64,000 nt of DNA, taken from positions 8,186 to 72,185 of the forward strand of contig CALXUT010000036.1 of the NCBI GenBank assembly GCA_944391755.1, given 5' to 3'. Made by a program: the position numbers and the translations under genes. The notes below the pieces were generated by a model, which was not told the origin of the DNA, ran no database searches, and saw only the letters and a program-made list of their open reading frames with translations. This document shows positions 1 to 9,422 of the stretch, in pieces (the first letter of the stretch is position 1; each line of letters starts with the position of its first letter). This stretch comes from an uncultured Clostridia bacterium (GTDB taxonomy: Bacteria; Bacillota; Clostridia; TANB77; CAG-508).

Positions 1-32
1 AGAACATTTAAAAGAAATATAAGAGGTAGAAA

Positions 33-803
33 ATGGTAACAATAAAATCAAAAAAAGAAATAGAATTGATGAGAGAAGCATGTAGAGTTACAGCATTAAC
101 CCATAAAGCTATTGGAGAAGCCATAAAACCAGGAATGACAACAGCGGATATAGATAAAATAGCAGAAGAAACAATGAAAAAATATGGAGCAAAATCTGCC
201 GAAAAAGGATATGATCCAGGAATTAGAGGGGTTCCTCCATATCCTGCTTCAACCTGTATATCTATCAATGACGAAGTCATTCATGGAGTTCCATCAAATA
301 AAAGAGTCATAAAAAATGGAGATATTGTAAGTGTAGATTTAGTAGCACTAAAAAATGGCTTTAATGGAGATGCCGCAAGAACCTATTTAGTAGGAAATGT
401 GTCAGATGAAGCTAAAAGATTAGTAGAAGTGACAAAACAAGCATTTTTTGAAGGCATCAAATATGCAAAAAAAGGAAATAGAATTGGTGATGTATCACAT
501 GCAATAGGAGAATATGTAAAATCACAAGGATATTCTGTTGTAAGAGAATTTCAAGGACATGGAATAGGAAAAGACATGCATGAAGATCCAGGTATTCCAA
601 ACTATGGAAAAGCAGGAAAAGGAATAAGGCTTGAACCAGGCATGACTCTAGCAATAGAACCAATGGTAATACAAGGAAAACCAGATATTTGGGAATTAGA
701 AGATGGATGGACAATTGTCACACAAGATGGAAGCTTAGCAGCACATTATGAAAATACAATTTTAATTACAGAAAATGAGCCAGAAGTGTTGACAATACTA
801 TAA
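33..803 (+). CDS. map: Methionine aminopeptidase type I (256 aa)
   Basis: Full-length ORF with an AAGAGG RBS. Typical MAP-I metal-ligand region (HGVP...DIVSVD...GHGIG...EPM). Synteny map-infA-rpmJ-rpsM. Confidence 0.93.
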   Translation: MVTIKSKKEIELMREACRVTALTHKAIGEAIKPGMTTADIDKIAEETMKKYGAKSAEKGYDPGIRGVPPYPASTCISINDEVIHGVPSNKRVIKNGDIVSVDLVALKNGFNGDAARTYLVGNVSDEAKRLVEVTKQAFFEGIKYAKKGNRIGDVSHAIGEYVKSQGYSVVREFQGHGIGKDMHEDPGIPNYGKAGKGIRLEPGMTLAIEPMVIQGKPDIWELEDGWTIVTQDGSLAAHYENTILITENEPEVLTIL

Positions 804-904
804 ATTTATTATATAATATATGAGTTAATACTATAATTTGGAAAATTATAGCTAAATTTTAGAAAATCTAAAATATAAGCTCTTTAAGAAGGAGGTAAGA
901 AAAC

Positions 905-1123
905 TTGTCAAAAGAAGATGTTATAGAAGTAGAAGGAACAGTAGTAGAAACACTACCAAATACGAATTTCAAAGTAGAACTTGAAAATGGACATCAAATT
1001 TTAGCACATATTTCAGGTAAATTAAGAATGAATTATATTAAAATTTTACCAGGAGATAAAGTTAAAGTGGAATTATCACCATATGATTTAACTAGAGGAA
1101 GAATCACTTGGAGAGCAAAATAA
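905..1123 (+). CDS. infA: Translation initiation factor IF-1 (72 aa), TTG start
   Basis: S1-like OB fold sequence ([22 protein letters not shown]...[18 protein letters not shown]). GGAGG RBS. Conserved position between map and rpmJ. Confidence 0.93.
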   Translation: MSKEDVIEVEGTVVETLPNTNFKVELENGHQILAHISGKLRMNYIKILPGDKVKVELSPYDLTRGRITWRAK

Positions 1124-1181
1124 ATCAAAGTAATTAACCCAAAAATATATTATCACTGACCAGCAAAAGGAGGGAAAGAAA

Positions 1182-1295
1182 GTGAAAGTAAGACCATCAG
1201 TAAAACCAATTTGCGATAAATGCAAAGTAATAAAAAGAAAAGGTGTTATTAGAGTTATATGTGAAAACCCTAAACACAAACAAAGACAAGGTTAA
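1182..1295 (+). CDS. rpmJ: Ribosomal protein L36 (37 aa), GTG start; absent from the ORF track because it is under 60 aa
   Basis: Manual translation gives [37 protein letters not shown] (zinc-ribbon C..C..C..H). RBS AAAGGAGGG 6 nt upstream. Confidence 0.85.
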   Translation: MKVRPSVKPICDKCKVIKRKGVIRVICENPKHKQRQG

Positions 1296-1487
1296 ATTTA
1301 AGTTTATAACACAAATTCGGTAGCGGCTGTTAAATCGAAAGATTTACTTATCAATTTGTGTTTATATATATGTCTAAAATTTTATTTAAAGATCTATTAT
1401 GAATGATAATAGATGCATTTCACCTTTAAGTAAAACTAGGACAACACTAAAATAATAAAGAAAAAAATTTTGGAGGTGCAAAAAAAC

Positions 1488-1862
1488 ATGGCTCGTATAG
1501 CAGGAGTAGATTTACCTAAAGAAAAAAGAGTAGAAATAGGACTTACATATATATATGGTATAGGAGTATCTAGCTCAAGAAAAATATTAGAAAAAGCTGG
1601 GGTAAATCCAGATACAAGAGTAAAAGACTTAACAGATGATGAAGTTAATAATATAAGAAAAGTTATTGACGAATCATACAAAGTTGAAGGTGATTTAAGA
1701 AGAGAAGTAGCTCTTAATATCAAAAGACTAACAGAAATTGGATGTTATAGAGGATTAAGACATAGAAGAGGTCTTCCAGTAAGAGGACAAAGAACAAAAA
1801 CAAATGCTCGTACAAGAAAAGGTCCAAGAAAATTAGTAAGCAGATCTAAAAAAGCAGTTTAA
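1488..1862 (+). CDS. rpsM: Ribosomal protein S13. I chose the ATG at 1488; the track begins at a TTG at 1470
   Basis: Canonical N-terminus [20 protein letters not shown] at 1472-1478 with proper spacing to the ATG at 1488. Confidence 0.92.
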   Translation: MARIAGVDLPKEKRVEIGLTYIYGIGVSSSRKILEKAGVNPDTRVKDLTDDEVNNIRKVIDESYKVEGDLRREVALNIKRLTEIGCYRGLRHRRGLPVRGQRTKTNARTRKGPRKLVSRSKKAV

Positions 1863-1893
1863 TAGTTGTTAGATAAGGAGGGAAATTAAGATA

Positions 1894-2292
1894 ATGGCTA
1901 ACAAGAATGTAGCAAAGAAACCAGTAGCTAGAAGAAATAGAAAAAACATCGATAAAGGTGAAGCTCATATTCATTCTAGTTTTAATAATACAATCGTTAC
2001 AATAACAGATACAAATGGAAATACAATATCATGGGGAAGTGCTGGAGGACTAGGATTTAAAGGTTCTAGAAAAAGCACACCATTTGCTGCCGGAGAAGTT
2101 GCAGAAACAGCAGCTAAAGCAGCTATGGAGCATGGTTTAAAAACTGTTGAAGTATATGTTAAAGGGCCAGGTGCAGGTCGTGAAGCAGCAATCAGAGCAC
2201 TTCAATCTGCAGGTCTAGAATTAAGCAGTATAAAAGATGTAACACCAATCCCACATAATGGTTGTAGACCACCAAAAAGAAGAAGAGTATAA
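1894..2292 (+). CDS. rpsK: Ribosomal protein S11
   Basis: Conserved S11 sequence ([15 protein letters not shown]...[10 protein letters not shown]). AAGGAGGG RBS. Confidence 0.95.
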   Translation: MANKNVAKKPVARRNRKNIDKGEAHIHSSFNNTIVTITDTNGNTISWGSAGGLGFKGSRKSTPFAAGEVAETAAKAAMEHGLKTVEVYVKGPGAGREAAIRALQSAGLELSSIKDVTPIPHNGCRPPKRRRV

Positions 2293-2344
2293 TAAATGGA
2301 AAATATAAAAATAACGAAAATAATGAAAGAGGTGTAAATAGAAG

Positions 2345-2971
2345 ATGGCGCGTTATACAGACGAACAATGTCGTATTTGCCGTAGAGAAGGACAAAAATT
2401 ATTCTTAAAAGGTTCAAGATGTTATTCTGATAAATGTAGTATCTCTAGAAGAAACTATGCACCAGGACAACATGGACAAAAAAGAACAAAACTTTCTGAA
2501 TACGGAACTCAATTAAGAGAAAAACAAAAAACAAAATCATACTATGGAGTTGGAGAAAAACAATTTAGAGGATATTTTGAAATGGCTTCTAATAAAAAAG
2601 GTGTAACAGGTGAAAACTTATTACAAATATTAGAAAGCAGATTAGATAATGTTGTATATAGATTAGGCTTTGGAGCTTCAAGAGCACAAGCTAGACAACT
2701 TGTAAATCATGGACAATTTGAAGTAAATGGTAAAAAGGTTGATATTCCATCTTATTTAGTTAAAGCAGGTGATGTGATAACAGTAAGAGAGAATAAAAAA
2801 GACAATGGAGCTATAAAAGCAAATATAGAAGTAAATGCATCAAGACCAATTCCAGCATGGTTAGAATTAAATAATGAAACTTTAAGTGGTAAAGTAATAA
2901 GATTAGCATCTAGAGAAGATGTTGATATTCCAGTTGAAGAGCATTTAATAGTAGAGCTTTACTCTAAATAG
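2345..2971 (+). CDS. rpsD: Ribosomal protein S4 (zinc-finger form, Clostridia-type position within the alpha operon)
   Basis: [16 protein letters not shown]...CYSDKC plus an S4 RNA-binding domain. Located between rpsK and rpoA. Confidence 0.95.
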   Translation: MARYTDEQCRICRREGQKLFLKGSRCYSDKCSISRRNYAPGQHGQKRTKLSEYGTQLREKQKTKSYYGVGEKQFRGYFEMASNKKGVTGENLLQILESRLDNVVYRLGFGASRAQARQLVNHGQFEVNGKKVDIPSYLVKAGDVITVRENKKDNGAIKANIEVNASRPIPAWLELNNETLSGKVIRLASREDVDIPVEEHLIVELYSK

Positions 2972-2999
2972 TTTGTAAGTAAAATATTAGGAGGTAGAA

Positions 3000-3947
3000 A
3001 TGATAGAATTTGAAAAGCCAAATATTGAATGTCTAGAGGTTGATAACACAAATAATTATGCAAAATTTGTATGTGAGCCATTAGAAAGAGGATATGGCGT
3101 AACAATAGGAAATTCATTAAGAAGAATTCTACTTTCATCATTAACTGGTTGTGCAATAACAAGTGTTAAGATAGAAGGCGTACTACATGAATTTTCTAGC
3201 ATACCAAATGTTGTAGAAGATGTACCAGAAATCATTGTTAACTTAAAAAATGTTAGACTAAAATTTTCTGAAAATGAAGAAAAGGTTATGAGAATAAACT
3301 TTAAAGGAGAGGGAGAAGTTACTGCAGCAGATATCGTTACAGATGGTACTGTAGAAATTTTAAATCCGGACTTACATATAGCAACTGTATCAGAGGGCGG
3401 ACAATTAATCATGGAAATGACAGCAGATATGGGAAGAGGATATTCTCCTTCAGAAAAAAATAAAAAACCAAACCAAGACATATCTGTGCTTCCAATAGAT
3501 TCAATTTATACACCAGTTAAAAAGGTAAATTACCAAGTAAAAAACACTAGAGTAGGGCAAATGGTTGACTATGATAAATTAATTATAGAAGTATGGACAG
3601 ATGGAAGTTTAAAAGCTCATGAAGCATTAAGTTTAGCAGCAAAAGTTATGACAGGACATTTAGAATTGTTCATAGATTTATCAGAAGCAACAAAAAATAC
3701 ACAAGTAATGATTGAAAAAGAAGAATCTAAAAAAGAGAAAGTTTTAGAGACATCAATAGAAGAATTAGAATTATCTGTAAGATCATTCAACTGCTTAAAG
3801 AGAGCAGGAATTGCAACAGTAGAAGATTTAACAAATAAATCTGAAAGTGATATGATGAAAGTTAGAAATTTAGGAAAGAAATCATTAGATGAAGTAACTG
3901 CAAAATTACATTCATTAGGACTAAGTTTCGCTGAAGAAGACGAATAA
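3000..3947 (+). CDS. rpoA: DNA-directed RNA polymerase alpha subunit
   Basis: NTD ([11 protein letters not shown]) and CTD ([11 protein letters not shown]) motifs are present. 315 aa. Confidence 0.95.
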   Translation: MIEFEKPNIECLEVDNTNNYAKFVCEPLERGYGVTIGNSLRRILLSSLTGCAITSVKIEGVLHEFSSIPNVVEDVPEIIVNLKNVRLKFSENEEKVMRINFKGEGEVTAADIVTDGTVEILNPDLHIATVSEGGQLIMEMTADMGRGYSPSEKNKKPNQDISVLPIDSIYTPVKKVNYQVKNTRVGQMVDYDKLIIEVWTDGSLKAHEALSLAAKVMTGHLELFIDLSEATKNTQVMIEKEESKKEKVLETSIEELELSVRSFNCLKRAGIATVEDLTNKSESDMMKVRNLGKKSLDEVTAKLHSLGLSFAEEDE

Positions 3948-3970
3948 TAAAAAAAGAAGAGGTGAAAAAA

Positions 3971-4495
3971 TTGGCTACAAATAGAAAATTAGGTAGAACA
4001 ACTGATATAAGAATGTCAATGTTAAAAACTTTAACAACAGACTTAATTTTAAATGGTAAAGTTGAAACAACAGAAGCTAGAGCAAAAGAAGTAAAAGCAA
4101 TAGCTGATAGTATCATAGCATTAGCAATAAAAGAAAAAGATAACTTTGAAACTGTAGATGTAAAAGTTGTAACAGCAAAATTAGATTCTAAAGGTAACAA
4201 AGTTACTGAAATTGCAAAAAGCAAAAATGGTAAAGAATACTTAAAAGTTGTAAAAGAAGAAAAAACAGAAAGCAGACAAAAAGATATGCCATCAAGATTA
4301 AATGCAAGAAGAAAAATGATGACAAAATTAAACAAAGTAAAAGATAGCAAAGGAAACAATATCGATTTAATAGGAAAACTATTTAACGAAATAGCTCCAA
4401 AATATGAAGGTAGAGTTGGAGGATATACAAGAATCATTAAAGCTGGACCTCGTAGAGGAGATGCAGCAGAAGTTGCTATATTACAACTTGTTTAA
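3971..4495 (+). CDS. rplQ: Ribosomal protein L17 with a ~60-aa internal insertion (TTG 3971 preferred; the track uses GTG 3962)
   Basis: N-terminal [11 protein letters not shown] and C-terminal [25 protein letters not shown] are the L17 signature. GAGGTG at 3959-3964 fits a TTG start at 3971. Confidence 0.85.
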   Translation: MATNRKLGRTTDIRMSMLKTLTTDLILNGKVETTEARAKEVKAIADSIIALAIKEKDNFETVDVKVVTAKLDSKGNKVTEIAKSKNGKEYLKVVKEEKTESRQKDMPSRLNARRKMMTKLNKVKDSKGNNIDLIGKLFNEIAPKYEGRVGGYTRIIKAGPRRGDAAEVAILQLV

Positions 4496-4537
4496 TCTTT
4501 ACTAAAAAGTAAACAAATATAAAAATGAAAATTGAAT

Positions 4538-4686
4538 ATATTATCAAGAGTGGAGGAGAGAACGGCTCATGGAATCCACAGCAACCTATCTATTTATTTA
4601 GACAAGGTGCTAAAACCGGCAAAGCAAATAGCTTTGAGTGATGATTTTTAGAAAAGACTCTTAGCAAAAGCTAGAGTTTTTTTTGT
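4538..4686 (+). promoter_or_regulatory. SAM-I (S-box) riboswitch upstream of metK, including the terminator expression platform
   Basis: Matches the S-box consensus: TTATCAAGAG..GGAGG...CATGGAATCC..GCAACC...GGTGCTAAAACCGGCAAAGC...GAGTGATGA. Followed by the hairpin ACTCTTAGC/GCTAGAGT plus T8 (4652-4684). Confidence 0.8.
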
Positions 4687-4692
4687 AGACTC

Positions 4693-4808
4693 GCGAACTT
4701 TGGGGACAGACCTTTTTGTTCGCGTCAGTAATAATGTACTATATAACTATATTAAATAATAGCTAAATTGGATTAACGCGAACAAAAAGGTCTGTCCCCA
4801 AAGTTCGC
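4693..4808. repeat. Perfect 32-bp inverted repeat (4693-4724 and 4777-4808) with a 52-nt AT-rich spacer. Lies between the riboswitch terminator and the metK RBS
   Basis: Left arm GCGAACTTTGGGGACAGACCTTTTTGTTCGCG. Right arm is its exact reverse complement. Each arm is itself a hairpin (CGCGAAC/GTTCGCG). Confidence 0.9.
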
Positions 4809-4822
4809 AAAAGGAGGAAAAA

Positions 4823-5935
4823 ATGAAAAAATATTATTTTACATCAGAAAGTGTAACAGAAGGACATCCAGACAAACTTTGTGATTATATATCAGATACC
4901 ATATTAGACGAAGCATTAAAACAAGATAAATATTCTAGAGTAGCTGTAGAAACATTTGCATCAGCAAATAAAATTACAATAGCTGGACAAATGACAACAA
5001 ATGCTAAATTAGATATAGAAAAAATTGTAAGAGAAACAATAAAAGAAATTGGCTATGATAATGCAAAACTAGATATTGACTATAAAACATGTGATATAGA
5101 CATTAATATAACAAAACAAAGTTCTGATATAGCACAAGGTGTAGATATAGGTGGAGCTGGAGATCAAGGTATCATGTTTGGATTTGCATCAGATGAAACA
5201 GAAGAATATATGCCATTTGCCATTTCTATGGCGCATAAACTTGCTAAAAGATTAACAATTGTACGAAAAACAGGTATAATGCCATATTTAAGACCAGATG
5301 GAAAAACACAAGTAACAGTAGAATATGAAAATGGAGAAGTAATAAGAATTGATACCATATTAATTTCTACACAACATAATGAAGATGTGGATATGGATGC
5401 ACTAATAACAGATATAAAAGAACAAGTTATAAATGCCGTTGTACCACAAAAGTATCTTGATGAAAATACGAAATATTATATAAATCCAACAGGAAGATTT
5501 GTAATAGGCGGACCATTAGGAGATACAGGACTAACAGGAAGAAAAATCATTGTAGATACATATGGAGGATATGCAAGACATGGAGGAGGAGCATTTTCTG
5601 GTAAAGATGCAACAAAAGTGGATCGTAGTGCAGCATATATGTTAAGACATATTGCTAAAAACATAGTTGCAAATGGATATGCTAAAAAATGTGAATTACA
5701 AATTGCCTATGCGATTGGAATGGAACAGCCAATGTCTATATATATTAATACATTCGGAACAGGAACAAAAAGTGATGATGAACTTGAAGAAATCATAAAA
5801 AGAAATTTTGATTTGACTCCAAAAGGTATCATTGACTATTTAGGATTGCGAGAACCAATATTTACGAAAACAACCAATTATGGACATTTTGGAAAAACAA
5901 ATTTACCTTGGGAGAAAATAATAGAGCTAAAATAG
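4823..5935 (+). CDS. metK: S-adenosylmethionine synthetase
   Basis: GHPDK, GAGDQG and the conserved C-terminal MetK domain are present. Preceded by the S-box and an AAAGGAGG RBS. Confidence 0.95.
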   Translation: MKKYYFTSESVTEGHPDKLCDYISDTILDEALKQDKYSRVAVETFASANKITIAGQMTTNAKLDIEKIVRETIKEIGYDNAKLDIDYKTCDIDINITKQSSDIAQGVDIGGAGDQGIMFGFASDETEEYMPFAISMAHKLAKRLTIVRKTGIMPYLRPDGKTQVTVEYENGEVIRIDTILISTQHNEDVDMDALITDIKEQVINAVVPQKYLDENTKYYINPTGRFVIGGPLGDTGLTGRKIIVDTYGGYARHGGGAFSGKDATKVDRSAAYMLRHIAKNIVANGYAKKCELQIAYAIGMEQPMSIYINTFGTGTKSDDELEEIIKRNFDLTPKGIIDYLGLREPIFTKTTNYGHFGKTNLPWEKIIELK

Positions 5936-5944
5936 ATTACATTC

Positions 5945-6038
5945 AAAGCTCATATATAACTATCTCATGCCAAAAACATAGCTGGGGTCTTCCTATAAGT
6001 CTTTGGCTATTTCGATAGTTATATATGAGCTTTTTGAA
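5945..6038 (+). terminator. Large hairpin 3' of metK: 20-bp perfect stem (5945-5964 / 6014-6033) with a 49-nt structured loop, followed by a short T-run
   Basis: AAAGCTCATATATAACTATC and its exact reverse complement. The loop contains a nested GCCAAA/TTTGGC pairing. Confidence 0.55.
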
Positions 6039-6098
6039 TAAAATTTATTAGTAGCAGAAAAAGAAAAATTGCATATAATAGCCATAAGGAGGAAAAAG

Positions 6099-6470
6099 AT
6101 GGAGAATTTTATAATAAATTCCATACTTTGGACATTTGCTCTTTATGGCTTATTTGAGTTAATAAAGCAAATTATATATATGTGTACATATACAAACATG
6201 AAAGCTGATGGAATATATATCATAATAGCAGTAAAAAACCAGGAAGAAAGAATAGAAGGATTTCTTCGTTCAAGCTTATTTAAATTATTATACGGTAAAG
6301 AAGAATATATAAAAGATATTATAGTGGCTGATTTAGGTTCAACAGACAAAACGAGAGAAATAGTAGACAAAATGTCTGTTGATTATGAATGTGTAAAAGT
6401 TACCAATTGGAAAGAATGTAAAGATATCATTGATAATGTAGATGAAGTGAAGGATATCATAAAAAAATGA
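6099..6470 (+). CDS. Hypothetical small protein with an N-terminal TM helix and a GT2-like N-terminal half-domain fragment (ATG 6099 preferred)
   Basis: AAGGAGG RBS at 6086-6092. IIIAVKNQEE...IIVADLGSTDKT resembles the start of a GT2 fold. No known family assigned. Confidence 0.45.
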   Translation: MENFIINSILWTFALYGLFELIKQIIYMCTYTNMKADGIYIIIAVKNQEERIEGFLRSSLFKLLYGKEEYIKDIIVADLGSTDKTREIVDKMSVDYECVKVTNWKECKDIIDNVDEVKDIIKK

Positions 6471-6540
6471 TATGAATAAAGTTGAAAGAACAAACATTCT
6501 GTGATACACTATATTAAATAATAAAGAAAAGAGGAGAAAA

Positions 6541-8769
6541 TTGGAAGAACTAGAAGGAACATTATCAGAAATCATTTATCAAAATGAAGTCAATAGTTAT
6601 ATGGTAGGAATATTAGAAACAGAAAAAGAACAAATTACAATTGTAGGATATTTACCATTTATAAACAAAGGAGATACATTAAAACTAATAGGAAAATTTG
6701 TGGAACATAAAGATTATGGAGAACAATTTAAAGTAGAAACATTTGAAAAAATCATGCCACAAACTTTAGGTGCACTAGAAAAATATTTAGCAAATGGAAA
6801 TGTAAAAGGAGTTGGACCAGCAACAGCAACCAAAATAATAGATAACTTTGGAGAAGAAACTATACATGTTCTAAAATTTGAGCCACAAAAATTAGCACAA
6901 ATAAAAGGAATCAGTAAAGATAAAGCGGTAGAGATATCAGAAAGTTTTGTGGAAAATTGGGAAGTATGGCAAATCGTAGGATTTCTAGAAAAATTTGGAA
7001 TAGGAGCAGAAAGTGCTAAAAAAGTGTATAACTTATTAGGAGTAAATGCAATAGAAGAAATAGAAGCAGATCCATATATTCTAATGGAAATTTCTAGAGG
7101 GGTTGATTTTAAACAAATTGATGAAATGGCAATCAGACTAGGAATAGAAAAAGAAAATCAAAAAAGAGTAAAAAGTGGAATAAAATATGCTTTAATCAGA
7201 ATTACCTATAATGGACATTGTTGTACATTAAAAACAAATTTAATAGAATATGTAAAACAATTATTAGGAATAACAGAAGAAGTAATAGAAGATGGAATCA
7301 TTAATTTAAAAGTAAATAATGAAATTATTATAGAAGACAGAGATGGGGAAGAATGGATTTATTTATATACATTTTTCAATGCAGAACAGCAAATAGCAGA
7401 TAGAGTAATGGCATTAGATAAAGCAAGAAATATAAAAAAGGTATCTAATATAGAAAAAGAATTAAAAATTATCGAAGAAAAAACAGATATTATTCTTTCA
7501 GAAAAACAAAAAGAAGCAATTAAAGCAATCAATGAAAATAATGTTACGATTATCACTGGAGGACCAGGTACAGGAAAAACGACTATCATAAAAAGTATCA
7601 TAGAAATATATAAACAAAAGAAATATAAAATTGTATTATGTGCTCCAACAGGAAGAGCAGCCAAAAGAATGACAGAAACAACTGGAGAAGAAGCTAGTAC
7701 ATTACATAGATTACTAGAAATAGGAAAAGTGGATGAAGAATCACTATTTAAAAAAGACACAGAATATAAAGGTGCACCAATAGATGCTGATATCATTATT
7801 GTAGATGAAGTATCCATGGTAGATATGTTTATCATGAGTTATTTATTGGATTGCATCTATAAAGGCACAAAATTAATATTAGTAGGTGATAGTGATCAAT
7901 TACCATCAGTAGGACCAGGAAGTGTACTACATGATTTAATTGCATCAGAAAAAATGACAACAGTGCACTTAGACAAAATATTTAGACAGGCCGCTAAAAG
8001 TAAAATCATTGTTAATGCTCACAGAGTGAATAGTGGAAAACGATTTATTGAAAAAGATGATAAAGAATTAGTAGAAGATGCAAAACAAGATTTTTTCTTT
8101 ATAAAAGAAAATAATCAAGAAAAAATATTAGAACAAGTCTTATCATTATGTAATGGACGATTAAAGAAATTTGGAGATTATGATTTTTTTGAAAGTATAC
8201 AAGTATTAACACCTACCAAAAAAGGACTATTAGGAACGAGAGAGCTAAACAAAGCATTACAAAAAGAATTAAATCCTCATAGAGATGGAGAAACAGAAAA
8301 AAATAGTATGGGTGCAACATTTAGAATTGGTGATAGAATCATGCAAATAAAAAACAATTATGATATGTACTGGGAAAGACTAAAAGGCGAAGAAGTAGAA
8401 GCGGGAAATGGTGTTTTTAATGGAGAAGTAGGAACTATAATAGAGATAAATGAAAAAGAAAAAAATATAACTGTCAAATTTGATGATGAAAAAATATGTT
8501 GGTATGAATTTAATCAATTAGAAGAATTAGAACATAGCTATTGCATAACAATTCACAAAGCACAGGGAAGTGAATTTGATGTTATCATTATGGTGATACC
8601 ACAAGCTGCTCCAATGTTATTAACCAGAAATTTATTATATACAGGAATAACAAGAGCAAAAAAAATGCTAATCATTATTGGAAATGAAAGAGTTGTCAAT
8701 TACATGATAGATAATGTGGATAGTAAGAAAAGAAACACAGGTTTAGAATATAAATTAAAAAACAACTAA
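6541..8769 (+). CDS. recD2: RecD2-like ATP-dependent DNA helicase (RecD/TraA family), TTG start
   Basis: Walker A GGPGTGKTT, DEVSM, helicase C motifs, and an N-terminal OB/HhH region. 742 aa. Confidence 0.85.
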   Translation: MEELEGTLSEIIYQNEVNSYMVGILETEKEQITIVGYLPFINKGDTLKLIGKFVEHKDYGEQFKVETFEKIMPQTLGALEKYLANGNVKGVGPATATKIIDNFGEETIHVLKFEPQKLAQIKGISKDKAVEISESFVENWEVWQIVGFLEKFGIGAESAKKVYNLLGVNAIEEIEADPYILMEISRGVDFKQIDEMAIRLGIEKENQKRVKSGIKYALIRITYNGHCCTLKTNLIEYVKQLLGITEEVIEDGIINLKVNNEIIIEDRDGEEWIYLYTFFNAEQQIADRVMALDKARNIKKVSNIEKELKIIEEKTDIILSEKQKEAIKAINENNVTIITGGPGTGKTTIIKSIIEIYKQKKYKIVLCAPTGRAAKRMTETTGEEASTLHRLLEIGKVDEESLFKKDTEYKGAPIDADIIIVDEVSMVDMFIMSYLLDCIYKGTKLILVGDSDQLPSVGPGSVLHDLIASEKMTTVHLDKIFRQAAKSKIIVNAHRVNSGKRFIEKDDKELVEDAKQDFFFIKENNQEKILEQVLSLCNGRLKKFGDYDFFESIQVLTPTKKGLLGTRELNKALQKELNPHRDGETEKNSMGATFRIGDRIMQIKNNYDMYWERLKGEEVEAGNGVFNGEVGTIIEINEKEKNITVKFDDEKICWYEFNQLEELEHSYCITIHKAQGSEFDVIIMVIPQAAPMLLTRNLLYTGITRAKKMLIIIGNERVVNYMIDNVDSKKRNTGLEYKLKNN

Positions 8770-8780
8770 AGTCGAAAGAT

Positions 8781-8805
8781 GTCGAAATATTTTTCGACTT
8801 TTTTC
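8781..8805 (+). terminator. Rho-independent terminator after recD2
   Basis: GTCGAAA-TATT-TTTCGAC followed by TTTTTTC. Confidence 0.6.
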
Positions 8806-8815
8806 TTATTTCATA

Positions 8816-8844
8816 TTGCTAAATGGACTAATCTATGGTAATAT
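8816..8844 (+). promoter_or_regulatory. Putative sigma-A promoter (TTGCTA-17-TAATAT)
   Basis: Hexamer spacing is ideal. Located upstream of the 8930 ORF. Confidence 0.4.
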
Positions 8845-8929
8845 ATAAACACTTTAATTGTCTATATTATTTTATTCAAATTATTTTTAATCTTTATAAA
8901 ATCAGAATAAAGCGAGGTGAAAATGGAAT

Positions 8930-9301
8930 ATGGAAGAAAAAATTTTAACAATACTAATAAGTATGCAAAGTGATATTTGTGAAATAAAACAAGATGTAAA
9001 AGAGCTAAAGGTCAGAATGGATAAATTAGAACAAAGAATGGACAAGCTAGAAGAAAGAATGGACAAGCTAGAACAAAGAATGGATAGACTAGAAGAGAGA
9101 ATGGATAGACTAGAAGAGAGAATGGATAGACTTGAAACGAGAGTTGACAGTCTTGAAACAAATGTGAATGAAATAGATCGAAAACATGACAGAAACTACG
9201 ATGAATTAAGAAAACAAAGAATAATTGATTCTAACAATATAGCACAAATATTAAATATGCAAACACAACTTATGAAAATGTTCGATAAAAAATATGCATA
9301 A
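8930..9301 (+). CDS. Coiled-coil protein built from seven in-frame heptads (RMDKLEE)x7, 123 aa
   Basis: ORF with a GAGGTGA RBS. The repeats are highly regular at the DNA level. No TM segment. Confidence 0.6.
   Translation: MEEKILTILISMQSDICEIKQDVKELKVRMDKLEQRMDKLEERMDKLEQRMDRLEERMDRLEERMDRLETRVDSLETNVNEIDRKHDRNYDELRKQRIIDSNNIAQILNMQTQLMKMFDKKYA
9014..9160 (+). repeat. 7 x 21-bp tandem repeat (AGAATGGAYARRCTAGAAGAR) inside the CDS
   Basis: Directly visible from 9014 to 9160. Encodes RMDKLEQ / RMDRLEE heptads. Confidence 0.9.
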
Positions 9302-9422
9302 TTAAATATGCAATATGAAATTTACATAAAATTAATGAAAATGAAAACAAAAATAGTTAGTTAATTCAAAAAATCAATATAGGCAATTGAAGAAAGATAA
9401 AAATGCATAAAAAATCCATAAA

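Noticed and set aside
1470-1487. TTG start extending rpsM by 6 codons
   Set aside because: The canonical S13 N-terminus MARIAGV begins at the ATG at 1488. The GGAGGTG RBS sits inside the proposed extension.
1296-1487. Inverted repeat AACACAAATT...AATTTGTGTT in the rpmJ-rpsM spacer as a novel element
   Set aside because: It is only 10 bp. It lies where the alpha-operon autoregulatory leader structure is expected, so it is probably an ordinary regulatory hairpin.
3862-4437. 191-aa minus-strand ORF (and similar ones at 11636-12172, 17924-18409, 22939-23199, 62123-62530)
   Set aside because: These are antisense to strongly supported genes. They encode Leu/Phe/Ile low-complexity translations typical of AT-rich antisense frames. 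They have no RBS.
9014-9160. Possible CRISPR-like or minisatellite array
   Set aside because: The units are 21 bp, contiguous without spacers, and in frame within a CDS encoding heptads. This is not a CRISPR array.
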